Source of the DNA: Candidatus Thorarchaeota archaeon
Lineage (GTDB): Archaea > Asgardarchaeota > Thorarchaeia > Thorarchaeales > Thorarchaeaceae
Direction of reading: 5' to 3'
NCBI GenBank assembly: GCA_038893995.1
Contig: JAWAQK010000040.1
Coordinates: 2,347-23,112, forward strand
DNA: 20,766 bases
Part shown: in pieces, positions 7,360-17,000 of the stretch
How the letters are laid out: every line of letters begins with the position of its first letter
Numbering within the stretch: position 1 is the first letter of the stretch
The notes under the pieces: model-generated
Told to the model about the DNA's origin: nothing
Database searches by the model: none
Seen by the model: the letters and a program-made list of their open reading frames with translations, nothing else
Program-made: the position numbers and the translations under genes

Positions 7360-7953
7360 TCAGTATTCTGAGACGTGTATCATGAAATAGGACTTCGGAT
7401 GATCACAGGCTGGACACTTCTCAGGAGGCGATGTTCCTTCGTGGACGTAGCCACAGTTCATGCAGCGCCATCTTACCTTGTTCTCTCTAGCGAACACCCT
7501 GTTCTTGGCCACGTTCTCTGCAAGAGTCATGTATCTCTCATGATGCCATGTCTCTGACTTTGCCACGCTGCGCCACAGTGCTGCTATCTTCGGAAAGCCC
7601 TCCTTCTCGGCCACTTCGGCAAAGTGGGGATACATCTCACTGAACTCGTATTTCTCTCCAGCAGCGGCATGACGGAGGTTCTCCTCTGTCTTACCGAGCG
7701 AGCCGGTCGGGAAGGTCCACTTGACCTCCAATTCAGGTGCTGCTCCATAGTCTCTGAGCATAGTGAAGAAGCGCTTTGCATGTTCCTTCTCATGATCCGC
7801 CGTTTCGAGGAAGACCTGGGCTATCTGCATGTATCCCTCATCACGGGCGATACTGGCTGCGTAGGTATATCGATTTCGTGCCTGCGACTCTCCTGCAAAT
7901 GATGTCAGAAGGTTCTTCTCAGTCTCTGTTCCCTTGATACTCTTCTGCGTCAT
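7360..7953 (-). CDS. rbr: Rubrerythrin (diiron peroxidase with C-terminal rubredoxin-like domain)
   Basis: TEKNLLTSFAGESQARNRY, EKEH, GEKYE...MYP, ETWHHERY, and C-terminal CMNCGY...CPAC. Start ATG 7953 chosen (GGAG upstream); ATG 7962 is possible. Confidence 0.96.
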   Translation of the reverse strand: MTQKSIKGTETEKNLLTSFAGESQARNRYTYAASIARDEGYMQIAQVFLETADHEKEHAKRFFTMLRDYGAAPELEVKWTFPTGSLGKTEENLRHAAAGEKYEFSEMYPHFAEVAEKEGFPKIAALWRSVAKSETWHHERYMTLAENVAKNRVFARENKVRWRCMNCGYVHEGTSPPEKCPACDHPKSYFMIHVSEY

Positions 7954-7979
7954 TGATCTCATCTCCACTCTCAAGCAAG

Positions 7980-8026
7980 CCAAGATATGGTCTTGGTATT
8001 CAGATGGTCTGTCTGAATAGATATAA
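7980..8026 (-). promoter_or_regulatory. Putative rubrerythrin promoter: TATA-like box plus an inverted repeat near the predicted transcription start
   Basis: TTATAT on the minus strand at 8026-8021. CCAAGA-N5-TCTTGG at 7980-7996 is ~25 nt downstream of it. Confidence 0.4.
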
Positions 8027-8097
8027 TCGTGATGTTGTGGTACGTCTCAGGATCCTTGGATCTCCATTTGTCCAAACGAGTCAAAGACCAGCGTGCT

Positions 8098-8859
8098 CTA
8101 CATGGGGATTTTCGTCTTCATATAGACGTAGTCAAGCGCCTTGGATATGAGCGAAATGGTGACGACAAAGATTGCTGCCACGACCAGCCAGACCGGGAGT
8201 GAAACAAAGATTCTTGACATTATCCATGCTGCATTCTGAAACAGGTCGTTGACGGCAATGAAAGAGGCAACGACAGTGTACTTTGGCAAGTATGCGGCCT
8301 CGTTTGACCACGCCGGTATGACTCTTCTCAGTGACTGAGGAATCACGATAGACAATATGCTCTCGGTCCTTGTCATGCCTATTGATCTAGCCGCGAGTAA
8401 CTGCCCACTGCTCACTGAGGCCATAGCGCCTCTGAAGTACTCCGCCTGATACGCTGCACTGTTAAGTCCCATCGTGGCCATGGCTGAGAGTATCTGATGA
8501 TTGAGGATGATCACTCCTCCAACACTTACGCTCCAGCGTAGGTCTATCAGCGGCGACTCGGGAGAAGCGAATGTTGCATTGATGAAAGGAGCGAACAGAT
8601 AGATGACATATATCTGCACGAGCATCGGCGTGCCACGCATGAACTCGATGTAGCCAGTTGCGAGCGCTGATACGATAGTGCCTCCGTATTGCCGCGCCAC
8701 AGCAAGGAGCAACCCGAAGAAGAACCCGAAGACCAGCCCTGTGGCATACAGGTACATGGTCATTCCGTAGCCTTCCAGAATGAGCCCGTAGTAACCTGCT
8801 AGCCAGTCGAAAAAGAACTGCTGCGGAATGATGACCTGAGTCACATTGTTGATGGCCAC
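8098..8859 (-). CDS. Polar amino acid ABC transporter permease (HisM/GlnP family)
   Basis: YIEFMRGTPMLVQ, LNSAAYQAEYFRG, EAA loop GQLLAARSIGM, IVIPQSLR. GTG start with GGAGG SD. Confidence 0.95.
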   Translation of the reverse strand: MAINNVTQVIIPQQFFFDWLAGYYGLILEGYGMTMYLYATGLVFGFFFGLLLAVARQYGGTIVSALATGYIEFMRGTPMLVQIYVIYLFAPFINATFASPESPLIDLRWSVSVGGVIILNHQILSAMATMGLNSAAYQAEYFRGAMASVSSGQLLAARSIGMTRTESILSIVIPQSLRRVIPAWSNEAAYLPKYTVVASFIAVNDLFQNAAWIMSRIFVSLPVWLVVAAIFVVTISLISKALDYVYMKTKIPM

Positions 8860-8864
8860 GTCAA

Positions 8865-9638
8865 TCAGCCTCCCCTGTCCTTCTTGTTGGCGCCTCCGTA
8901 CAACACCTCAAGCTGGTGCAAGAATGCGCGAGCTCGTTCTGAGTCTGCTCCTGAGAAGAAATGCTCAGGGGTCCCGCGTTCGACAACCACTCCGTCGTCC
9001 ATGAATATCATCTCGTCTGCCACTGCCCTTGCGAATCCCAGCTCGTGCGTCACGACGACCATCGTTGTACCCTCCTTAGCCAGATCAAGCATGACCTGCA
9101 GGACCTCACCTATCAGCTCGGGATCCAGAGCGGATGTTGGTTCGTCGAACAGTATCACATCAGGTTCCATGGCGAGTGCTCGGGCTATGCTCACCCTCTG
9201 TTGTTGACCCCCGGAAAGTTCAGCCGGATAGTGGTGCGCCCTGTCGCTCATCTTCACACGGTCTAGTGCTCTGAATGCTCTGTCGTATGCGTCCTGCTTG
9301 CTGAGCTTCAGCACCTTGCGAGGTCCGATGGCGACATTGTCTATTGCCCTGAGATGCGCAAAGAGATTGAAGTGTTGAAACACAAAACCCATCTTGGACC
9401 GAACCCGGTCTATGTTGATGGACTTGTCGTTCAGCTTGATGTTTCTCAGGTACACTTCGCCCCGGTCTGGTGGGTCCAGCATGTTGATACACCGAAGTAG
9501 TGTACTCTTTCCCGATCCGCTGGGGCCAAATACTACTTTCACTTCCGACTCTGCAACGTCAAAAGACACTCCCTTGAGCACTTGAACATCTCCAAACGAC
9601 TTCCAAACATCTCTGACGCTTATGACAGTTTCAGGCAA
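8865..9638 (-). CDS. glnQ: Polar amino acid ABC transporter ATP-binding protein (GlnQ family)
   Basis: Walker [16 protein letters not shown], signature LSGGQQQR, Walker [15 protein letters not shown]-loop VVTHE. Start reassigned to TTG 9638 (GGAGGT upstream), which removes a 53-bp overlap. Confidence 0.95.
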   Translation of the reverse strand: MPETVISVRDVWKSFGDVQVLKGVSFDVAESEVKVVFGPSGSGKSTLLRCINMLDPPDRGEVYLRNIKLNDKSINIDRVRSKMGFVFQHFNLFAHLRAIDNVAIGPRKVLKLSKQDAYDRAFRALDRVKMSDRAHHYPAELSGGQQQRVSIARALAMEPDVILFDEPTSALDPELIGEVLQVMLDLAKEGTTMVVVTHELGFARAVADEMIFMDDGVVVERGTPEHFFSGADSERARAFLHQLEVLYGGANKKDRGG

Positions 9639-9639
9639 G

Positions 9640-10317
9640 TCATTTACCTCCAAGTCCAATTCTTGCAAGCTTCCTGGTCTGTCGTTCACCAAGGTGATGT
9701 GTCACTGGATATGTCAGAACCAAGTAGACGAGTGCAACAACAACGTACGCTATGAACAGAAAGGCAGGCTCGTTGGCATAGTAGTTTCTTGCCAGTCTGA
9801 CCATGTCAGCGATTCCTATGGCTGATGCAAATGCAGCATCCTTTATCACCAGCGCATACTCGTTTGACCAAGCAGGTAGTGCTAGTCTCAGTGCTTGTGG
9901 AAGCACTACGTGCAGGAGCGCCTGCCGATTACTCATCCCGATGGACCTTGCAGCCATTATCTGTCCGGGATTGACAGAGAGGATCGCGCCTCGGATGATC
10001 TGTGACTGAAATGCTGCGCTGGCAATCCCCAGTGCCAATGATGCCGAGAAGAATGCACGTGCAATCTCGGGAAGAAAGGTGATTGTGTTGAGAAACCCAA
10101 AATAGAGTATGTAGATAATGACAAGTACCGGGATCCCCCTGACGAGTTTCTCATATCCCTCTGCAATGAATCCAAAGTCCTTTGAGTACACTCGCACTAT
10201 TGCAAGGAGAAGACCCAGTAGAAATCCAAACGATAGACCAAAGGCTGTCAGGAGCAGGGTGACCGGTATCCCTGCCATAACTGCCGATACTATGCCAAAG
10301 ATATCCGGTCCCTGCAT
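9640..10317 (-). CDS. Polar amino acid ABC transporter permease (HisM/GlnP family)
   Basis: [51 protein letters not shown], with multiple TM segments. Confidence 0.95.
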   Translation of the reverse strand: MQGPDIFGIVSAVMAGIPVTLLLTAFGLSFGFLLGLLLAIVRVYSKDFGFIAEGYEKLVRGIPVLVIIYILYFGFLNTITFLPEIARAFFSASLALGIASAAFQSQIIRGAILSVNPGQIMAARSIGMSNRQALLHVVLPQALRLALPAWSNEYALVIKDAAFASAIGIADMVRLARNYYANEPAFLFIAYVVVALVYLVLTYPVTHHLGERQTRKLARIGLGGK

Positions 10318-10328
10318 CTGACATTACC

Positions 10329-11117
10329 TCACACGAAGTACTTGTCGATCAGGCTAGTAATGGTGCCGTTCACGAGGAGCTTGTACAGTACCAGGTTGAT
10401 CGCACCGAGTAGATCTGTACCGTCGGGCCTCACGTAGGCGCACACGGGAGGTGCCTCTACAGCGAATATGGTCTTGATGCTGTAGACTTTCGAGTAGACC
10501 TTGAAGACTGGCTCGTCTATGTAGAGGGCGTCCAAGATTCCAGAGTCAAGATCCTGGAACATCAGGTCAGCCGCCGCATATCGTCGGATATCAATTGTGC
10601 CGCCCGCATCATTGATTTCTGTCAGTTCCTGATCCTCAACTGTGCCTGTCTGAACCCCCACTACCTTGCCGTTCAGGTCACTAAGTGCGCTTATGGTCAA
10701 TGTTGAGGCGTTCTTCACTACGACCACTTCGTCCATCGAGAGATATGGCATTGTGGCCGGAATTTGCCTGGTACGTTCGGGGTCCAGAAACAAGGCAGCT
10801 ATGATGACATCGACTGTGCCTCCCCTACAGGCACCAATCAGTGCACCGAAGTCCATGTCACGCCACTGGACTGTGAGTCCTAGCTGGTGCGCTACTCTCT
10901 CCATGAGTTCTATCTCAAAACCCTCGAACTTCTGAGAAGTGGAGTTGTAGATCTCAAATGGTGGATAGGGTGTGTTGGTACCAACCAGAATGTACCCTCT
11001 GGCTTGTATTGACTCCATTATCGCGGTGCTTCGAGGCCCTCCAAAGACCACAAAACCTGCCCCGAGACCGACGACAATTCCTATGACTAGGACCAATGCT
11101 GTTGCAGCCTTGTTCAT
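10329..11117 (-). CDS. Amino acid ABC transporter substrate-binding protein (SBP family 3), N-terminally membrane-anchored
   Basis: Hydrophobic N-terminal helix; VGTNTPYPPFE, GFEIEL, DLNGKVVGVQTGT. N-glycosylation sequons NST, NAS, NGT. GGAGG SD. Confidence 0.94.
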   Translation of the reverse strand: MNKAATALVLVIGIVVGLGAGFVVFGGPRSTAIMESIQARGYILVGTNTPYPPFEIYNSTSQKFEGFEIELMERVAHQLGLTVQWRDMDFGALIGACRGGTVDVIIAALFLDPERTRQIPATMPYLSMDEVVVVKNASTLTISALSDLNGKVVGVQTGTVEDQELTEINDAGGTIDIRRYAAADLMFQDLDSGILDALYIDEPVFKVYSKVYSIKTIFAVEAPPVCAYVRPDGTDLLGAINLVLYKLLVNGTITSLIDKYFV

Positions 11118-11486
11118 TCTGTCATCTCCTCCATATGCTTGAAAGGAGTAGTATGTGTACCTGCATAATGGGGAGATAAGTCATATGGTGTACTGATGTC
11201 ATCCTGAGCAGATCCTGGGAGGATCGATAGGATGCGGGGGGCCACGCAGAACGGTTCCGGTGGCAGAGTGTCATGCCTGGGGATAGTCTGACTCTCATTC
11301 AGGATGTCCGCAGGATTGCGCAGCAATCTGACATCACGTACGTGCTGCGTGCGTGGACATCTGCTGCAGTTGATAAGACGTAAGCGAGCAAGCGTTCTGT
11401 TCCTGGGCCGTGAAGGATCTGGATGTCCAATCTGGGCACGCCACCTCTGTATGGGTTTCCTTAGTCGATATGCTCGCACCCGTACC

Positions 11487-11492
11487 TTAATA
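11487..11492 (+). promoter_or_regulatory. Putative TATA box for the GGR-family gene (near-leaderless transcript)
   Basis: TTAATA 30 nt upstream of ATG 11523, with no SD before that ATG. Confidence 0.45.
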
Positions 11493-11522
11493 GGAACCCT
11501 GGACGACCACCGGTCCGCTCCT

Positions 11523-12722
11523 ATGTCCGTATACGACCTGGTCATCGTTGGTGCTGGGCCTGCTGGCAGCGCATGTGCCATGCACGCCGCGAGACGTGGC
11601 CTCAAGGTGTTACTGGTTGACAAGGCCAAGTTCCCCCGGTCCAAGTCATGTGGGGGTGCCCTCTCGAAGAGGACGTACCGTAATCTTGGTCCAAGAGCGA
11701 CCAGGGGCATCAACTGTCATGCCCATGGCTTGGTTGTATATTCCCCCAAGATGAGGATGGTAGACTATGAGGAGGATGACTGTGTCGACCTTGTGGTCAG
11801 AACGGAGTGGGACCATCACATGTTGCTGGATGCCATCGACGCGGGCTCCGAGTCTGCGGAGGGAACGATGGTCCAGTCGGTCTACATGGGGGAAGACTCG
11901 TTCAGCGTCATGTTGTCCGACGGCAACACTGTGAGTAGCAGGTACCTTGTACTGGCTGATGGTACAGGGCTCAGGTCCTACAAGAAGCTCCTGGGTTTTC
12001 ATCAGCCCTACGATCATATGGCAAGGACGGTCTGTGCTGAAGCGCCGGTCGAGGACAGCGTCATCGATGAGTTTCTTGGCACCAAGAGGAAACTACACAT
12101 TTTCTTCGGCGTAGTTCCTCGGGGGTATGGATGGCTCTTCCCGAAGAGAGGTTATCTCAATGTGGGTATCGGCTTCTCAAACACGACACCGCCATCGATG
12201 ACACAGTTCGAGGTCTTCGACATGTTCGTGAAACGTCTGAGGGACAGGAAGATGATTCCCCCCGACCTCGACCTGACATGTAGAACTGCACACCCTATCC
12301 CGTTCAGGAGACCCTTCCAACCTATTGGCATTGGGAGGGCACTTCTTGTGGGGGATGCCGGTGGATTCGTCTCTCCTGTCACGGGAGAGGGACTCTACTA
12401 CGGTACTTCCTCGGGCCGTCTGGCGGCGGAGGCGATTGCAGAGCATATGGATGGGAACTCTGCCAAGGACCTTGTTGCAGACTACACTTCTCGTTGGATG
12501 AGTGACTTTGGTGCTGACATGGTGGGGCCTGGTCTCTGGTTGGCCAATTTCCTATACAGGTCTCCCAGACGGATGGAGCTGATGGTCCGACTGATGAGTG
12601 CCGACGAGGAGACGCGAAGGACCGCTGCCCGAATGGTAATGGGTATCACCCGCTACGGCGAGGCACGCAGCGTCGTTCTGAGACGCTCACCATTGTCCCT
12701 TGCGAAGTCCTTGAGGAACTAG
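11523..12722 (+). CDS. Geranylgeranyl reductase-family FAD-dependent oxidoreductase (DGGGPL reductase-like)
   Basis: YDLVIVGAGPAG Rossmann motif, FPRSKSCGGA, GYGWLFP (YxWxFP), LLVGDAGGFVSPVTGEG. Start set at ATG 11523; the 73 upstream codons in the ORF track are not family-like. Confidence 0.92.
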   Translation: MSVYDLVIVGAGPAGSACAMHAARRGLKVLLVDKAKFPRSKSCGGALSKRTYRNLGPRATRGINCHAHGLVVYSPKMRMVDYEEDDCVDLVVRTEWDHHMLLDAIDAGSESAEGTMVQSVYMGEDSFSVMLSDGNTVSSRYLVLADGTGLRSYKKLLGFHQPYDHMARTVCAEAPVEDSVIDEFLGTKRKLHIFFGVVPRGYGWLFPKRGYLNVGIGFSNTTPPSMTQFEVFDMFVKRLRDRKMIPPDLDLTCRTAHPIPFRRPFQPIGIGRALLVGDAGGFVSPVTGEGLYYGTSSGRLAAEAIAEHMDGNSAKDLVADYTSRWMSDFGADMVGPGLWLANFLYRSPRRMELMVRLMSADEETRRTAARMVMGITRYGEARSVVLRRSPLSLAKSLRN

Positions 12723-13330
12723 TAGTCTACAAAGCCCGTGTCGATACTGCTGAAGAAATCGGGCCAGTTTCTCTTCACGAAGTCTAGCGGTAGTTCGCTG
12801 CTCATTATTAGGAGGGTCAACTCACAACAGTCATCTCCGACCGCTTTACACTTGGTCTCTCGGCAGATGACGTGATAGGCGCCCCCCATTGTCAGCGTGG
12901 CCCAGGTCTGGGCAGCCCCCTGGTAGGCCCCCGCCGGAAACCAACAGAATTTCATGGGGAATCTTATGTTTCTGGAGAACGGGCTATCGTCGTCCTGAAG
13001 TGTGTATACATAGACAGTCTGATTGTCCACTGTGCATTTCTCGTATGTCTGTTTAGTTGGAGTCCGACCTGCAAATATGATCCAGGCTGCTTCACCATAG
13101 GCAGGGACTCTCTCAAAGTCACCCTCCAGTTGTGCAGAGAGTTCCATCATGAACTCGTGTCCGAGGGCCATACCCCCCTCGAAGACGTGCTTCGGTCCAG
13201 CCTGTGGTCCAAGTAGCTCCACCGCGGTCTGCATCAGTAACTGATTGAGTTTTGTGGTCGTGAGTGTCAGACCCTTCTCACTCATCATCTTCTTCGCCTT
13301 GGAAGCCTGGACTATCAACCAGTTCTTCAT
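12719..13330 (-). CDS. V4R-domain protein (4-vinyl reductase/Bet3-like fold)
   Basis: FCWFPAGAYQGAA followed by RETKCKAVGDDCCEL matches the V4R C...ExxCxxxGxxxCEF pattern. Confidence 0.8.
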   Translation of the reverse strand: MKNWLIVQASKAKKMMSEKGLTLTTTKLNQLLMQTAVELLGPQAGPKHVFEGGMALGHEFMMELSAQLEGDFERVPAYGEAAWIIFAGRTPTKQTYEKCTVDNQTVYVYTLQDDDSPFSRNIRFPMKFCWFPAGAYQGAAQTWATLTMGGAYHVICRETKCKAVGDDCCELTLLIMSSELPLDFVKRNWPDFFSSIDTGFVDY

Positions 13331-13331
13331 T

Positions 13332-13790
13332 CTACTCGATCACCGCCTTTACTGAATCGAGCCTCCCAATCCTCACTAGCTGTTCGCACACAATCTTCAC
13401 TCGCATCTCAGGAATCCCCAAGATCTGAGCAAGTTCTTCGACACTTCGTCTCCCGTCTGCCAGCGCAACTACAGTGACCTGTGTATTGTCGAGATCGGAC
13501 ATGTTGACTAAGCCCTTCTTCGGAATTGGAACGTACCTCTTGGAGAGTGGCCTTCTGACGGCCTCGACCGTCTCGATCCGTTTGACTATGTCGCTTACGC
13601 TGATAGCTCTGACTCGAAACTCAGTGTCGACGAAGACTGTGACGGCATGCTCAGGTGTTCCGTGAGTGATCACGATTGGCACAGGGCTCCTGGGAGCCTG
13701 TTCAATCCTCGCCCTCTCTAGAGGCACATCTACGTTTGCCTTGCAGATTGGACACATGAACCTCAGTGGTACTGTACTCAACTTGAACAT
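13332..13790 (-). CDS. Small protein with N-terminal CPxC...H-x4-H putative Zn-binding domain and C-terminal winged HTH
   Basis: CPICK...ITHGTPEHAVTVFVDTEFRVR; C-terminal LADGRRSVEELAQILGIPEMRVKIVCEQLVRIGRL. 1-bp gap to the V4R gene. Confidence 0.8.
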   Translation of the reverse strand: MFKLSTVPLRFMCPICKANVDVPLERARIEQAPRSPVPIVITHGTPEHAVTVFVDTEFRVRAISVSDIVKRIETVEAVRRPLSKRYVPIPKKGLVNMSDLDNTQVTVVALADGRRSVEELAQILGIPEMRVKIVCEQLVRIGRLDSVKAVIE

Positions 13791-14097
13791 CGTCCCACGG
13801 GTCCTGGCGACATCCTGAGAATAGCGGCTCTAAAAGTGTATCTGGCGTAGTTCCGAGCGACCGAACCAATGCTCGCTGGAGGGCACATCACGCTCGAAGA
13901 CGGAGCGATCAACTGGTGACTCCTCTCATTGCTGTCCCTCCTCCCAGACCAGCATGCGGGACCCGGTCTGTTGATACTGGCGAGTTGGAAGGCGACATGA
14001 CAGCAGACACTGCTCCCGATCTGAGGTTGGCCGGGGCCCAAGTACTGCCTACACAGGGGCGTGAGACCAGCACGTGGCCGATGTTGGATGTTCTCCA

Positions 14098-17000
14098 TCA
14101 TGGGTCGAGAGCGGTCGATGTTGCTGCCTGTAGGGAAGAGTGGGTCTCTTCTAGTCTTCTCATCATTCCCTCAAAACTGTCGAACCAGTACTTCCTGTAT
14201 CCCGCGGGCAGCCTGTTCTCGTCGTCAGTGAACAGGAAGAGATGTACGCAGACGGTCAGATCCGCCCAGACAAATTCCCTCTTGCCACTCCCGTCCTCGA
14301 ATATGAGCCTGTATCCATCCACCTTGTATTCGTAGTCTGTGTGTCGTGTTCCCTTCGGGTCTACAAGCACTATGGTGTATCTGCTGCCCTTCCTCAACCA
14401 GAAGATAAAGTCTGGCCTGAACTTCTCTATCCTGTTGTTGGCTCTGTTGTAGTAGGGAACATAGACATCGTCCAAGTGCTCGTCTATCTTGCAGAACATC
14501 CACCAGTCGAATCGTCCTAGTGGGCCATCTCCTCTCCGAATGGCCTCCTCTACCTGCTCGAGGAACTTCCTCTCGCTCTCGACAGTGACTATGTGACTCA
14601 CGTATCTCTCCTTCTCCCTCTCCGAGAGGATCATGGGCAGATAGTAGTGGTTTGCGACATACTTTATCTTCAGAGTAGAGCCGTCCGCCACGAATACGTC
14701 CTCCCCACTCTCCCTGCTCAGTCTCTTGATCTCTGCTGTGTATTCGTCAATGCCTATTCTCCTCTGTTCCAACATTCGCTTCAGTTCTTCTTCTTTCTCA
14801 GACAGGTTTCTGTATTCCTGTACCTTGACTATCTTTTCCTGGAGCCTGCTCAGTTTTTCTGGCTCCAGAGTCACCCGTATTCTCTTGAAATGAACAATCT
14901 CGTCTGCGAGTCGCTGAAACCTGTCGAGCTCCTGCATAGTCACGTTCACATGCCTCATCAGTCTTGACACCTGCAGGAATAGGTCTCCGTCATCCGAGGG
15001 CAGGAAATTGCCATCTCGCAAGTACTCTCGCATCTTCCTCACGGTCTGCTGAGTCAACCGGTTCTCATGCGAGAATATGGCATGGATCAGTCTGTCGTCC
15101 CCTATCCAGTCAAAGAACCTGGTCAGGAGTTCTCTGTTGCCCTCGAACCTAGGAAGCTCGGAGGGTGGCATTACCCTGCCCACGTCCCTGTAGACTGGAA
15201 TCAGTAGCTCCCTCTCTCTGGCCCGCTCGTTCTCTCTGAGTTCAATGACCTCTCCTGATGCCTCTCTCTCATATCTTATGCTCTCCAGAATGTCCTGCAC
15301 GTTGTTCCTGCTCGTCCCGAGGACAAACAGGGTCTCCATCAATGACACATCGGTCTGGTCCAGTTTCGAGAGCATGTCTTTTGCGTCGGCGTCCCCCTCC
15401 CTTCTCAGTGGGAGGAGTCGTTTTCTCCTACCGCGTATCGGTTCTATTCTGACGCCCCTACCTATGGACTGGGTGACATACTTCCTTGCATCTCCCTTCC
15501 CTATGTTTATGAAGACCATCACGTTGGGCCTGTTTGAGTCCCAGCCCTCATAGAATGCCCTCGAGCCCATGAGAATACTCACACTGTCATTTCCGTGGCT
15601 TATCTCTCTAAACACACTCACGGTCTCATAGGCGTCGCTCATCTCGTAGCCAGTCAGCTTGTCCCTCAGCCAGGTACTGATGTCGCCTATCTTGATCAGT
15701 GCAAATGGCCTCTCAGATGTCTTAAGCTTGAATACGAGCTCCTCTGTATTCTGTGGAAGCCTGATCACCTCGATGTTCCCGAAAGAGCTCGCGTTGAACA
15801 CGTACTCCAATATCTCTCTGCTGCCGGCCTGCATGAGGCGTCGTGTGTCAATGGCAACGCGGCCTCCTCCGAACACGAATCTCGGTTGCCCCGAGAACTC
15901 GTCCACGAGCTCCTTTCTAGCCTCTTCGAGTAGGCTCCCGTCTGTTCTCCCGGTTGCAAATCTCTCGATCTCCCTGAAAAACAGCTCCAGGTCTGACTCC
16001 TCGATGTTGACAGAGTTCACCAGAGCAACGAGCAGGGGGCTGTGGTAGTGCGTTCTGCCCACCCTCTCGCTGACGTTATGTTTCGCCATCCTCAGTATGG
16101 TCAGCAGTAACAGGGACTTCAGGACGATCTTCTGCTTCTCCCTACTACTGAAGTCGGTCCGGTCTCCGAACGCAGTCAGTTCCTGCTGGGACAGGTAGAC
16201 ATTCTTTCCATAGCCCTCCCTGATGAAGGTGTCAAGGTTGAAGTTGTAGACAGTCGTCAAGATGTCCCAGGGGTCAGTGAAGGTGGCTGAGAAGTTGAAT
16301 AGGAAGCCGTTTCGCGTCATTATCGAGTAGAAGACCTGCCTCTTTGAATCCTCTTTGTCTCCCTTGTGTGCCTCGTCAAGAAGGACATACCATCTCCCGT
16401 CGTTCTCGACATCCTCGAAGCCAAGCAGCTTCTCCTTCGTCTCATCTGAGATCAGGTCGGATCGATACATGAAGACATGCACTGCATCAGGAAACAGCAG
16501 CGAGTTTGACGACTTCACCTCGTCATACCTGTCCAGCTCCCAGAGCATCACCGGCCTGGTTGCACCCCTGTTGAACTCCCTCACGTGATGCTCAATCTGT
16601 TCTATGAGGTCGTCTCTGTGCGTCAGAATGAGGATGTCATTGTAGGGTATGAGTCTGGCCTCTCTCAGCCTGTCCAGCAGTTCAACGAGTTTTATCAGTA
16701 CCATGGTCTTTCCAGAACCTGTCGCCATCCAGAAGCTCATCCTGTTGACGAAGTTCAGGAACTGTACTCTCTCCTGACCGCCACTCTGTAGGACTTGGTA
16801 GTACTGCCTGAGCCTATTGAACAGACGCCTATTCCTGCCACTCTGAATTCCCATCGAATCTACAAGATGTGGCTCAGATTTCCTCAACTCGTTGAAAAGT
16901 AGTCTCTTTCTCTCAATACTGTCCAGCTCGGTCTCTGTTTCTTTGTACCTCCTCAATGACCCATAGTAGTAATGAAGCAATTTCACCGCATTCACGAGGG

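Noticed and set aside
9639-9692. ATPase start at 9692
   Set aside because: It overlaps the permease by 53 bp; TTG 9638 has a strong GGAGGT SD.
11114-11713. 199-aa minus ORF and the 73-codon upstream extension of GGR (11304-11522)
   Set aside because: The ORF is antisense to the GGR N-terminus with no family motifs. The GGR Rossmann motif starts right after ATG 11523, with a TATA-like box upstream.
13778-14335. ORFs 13778-14101 (-) and 13916-14335 (+); tRNA or att site in this spacer
   Set aside because: Atypical composition or antisense overlap with res. No cloverleaf/T-loop and no direct repeat matching the other flank was seen.
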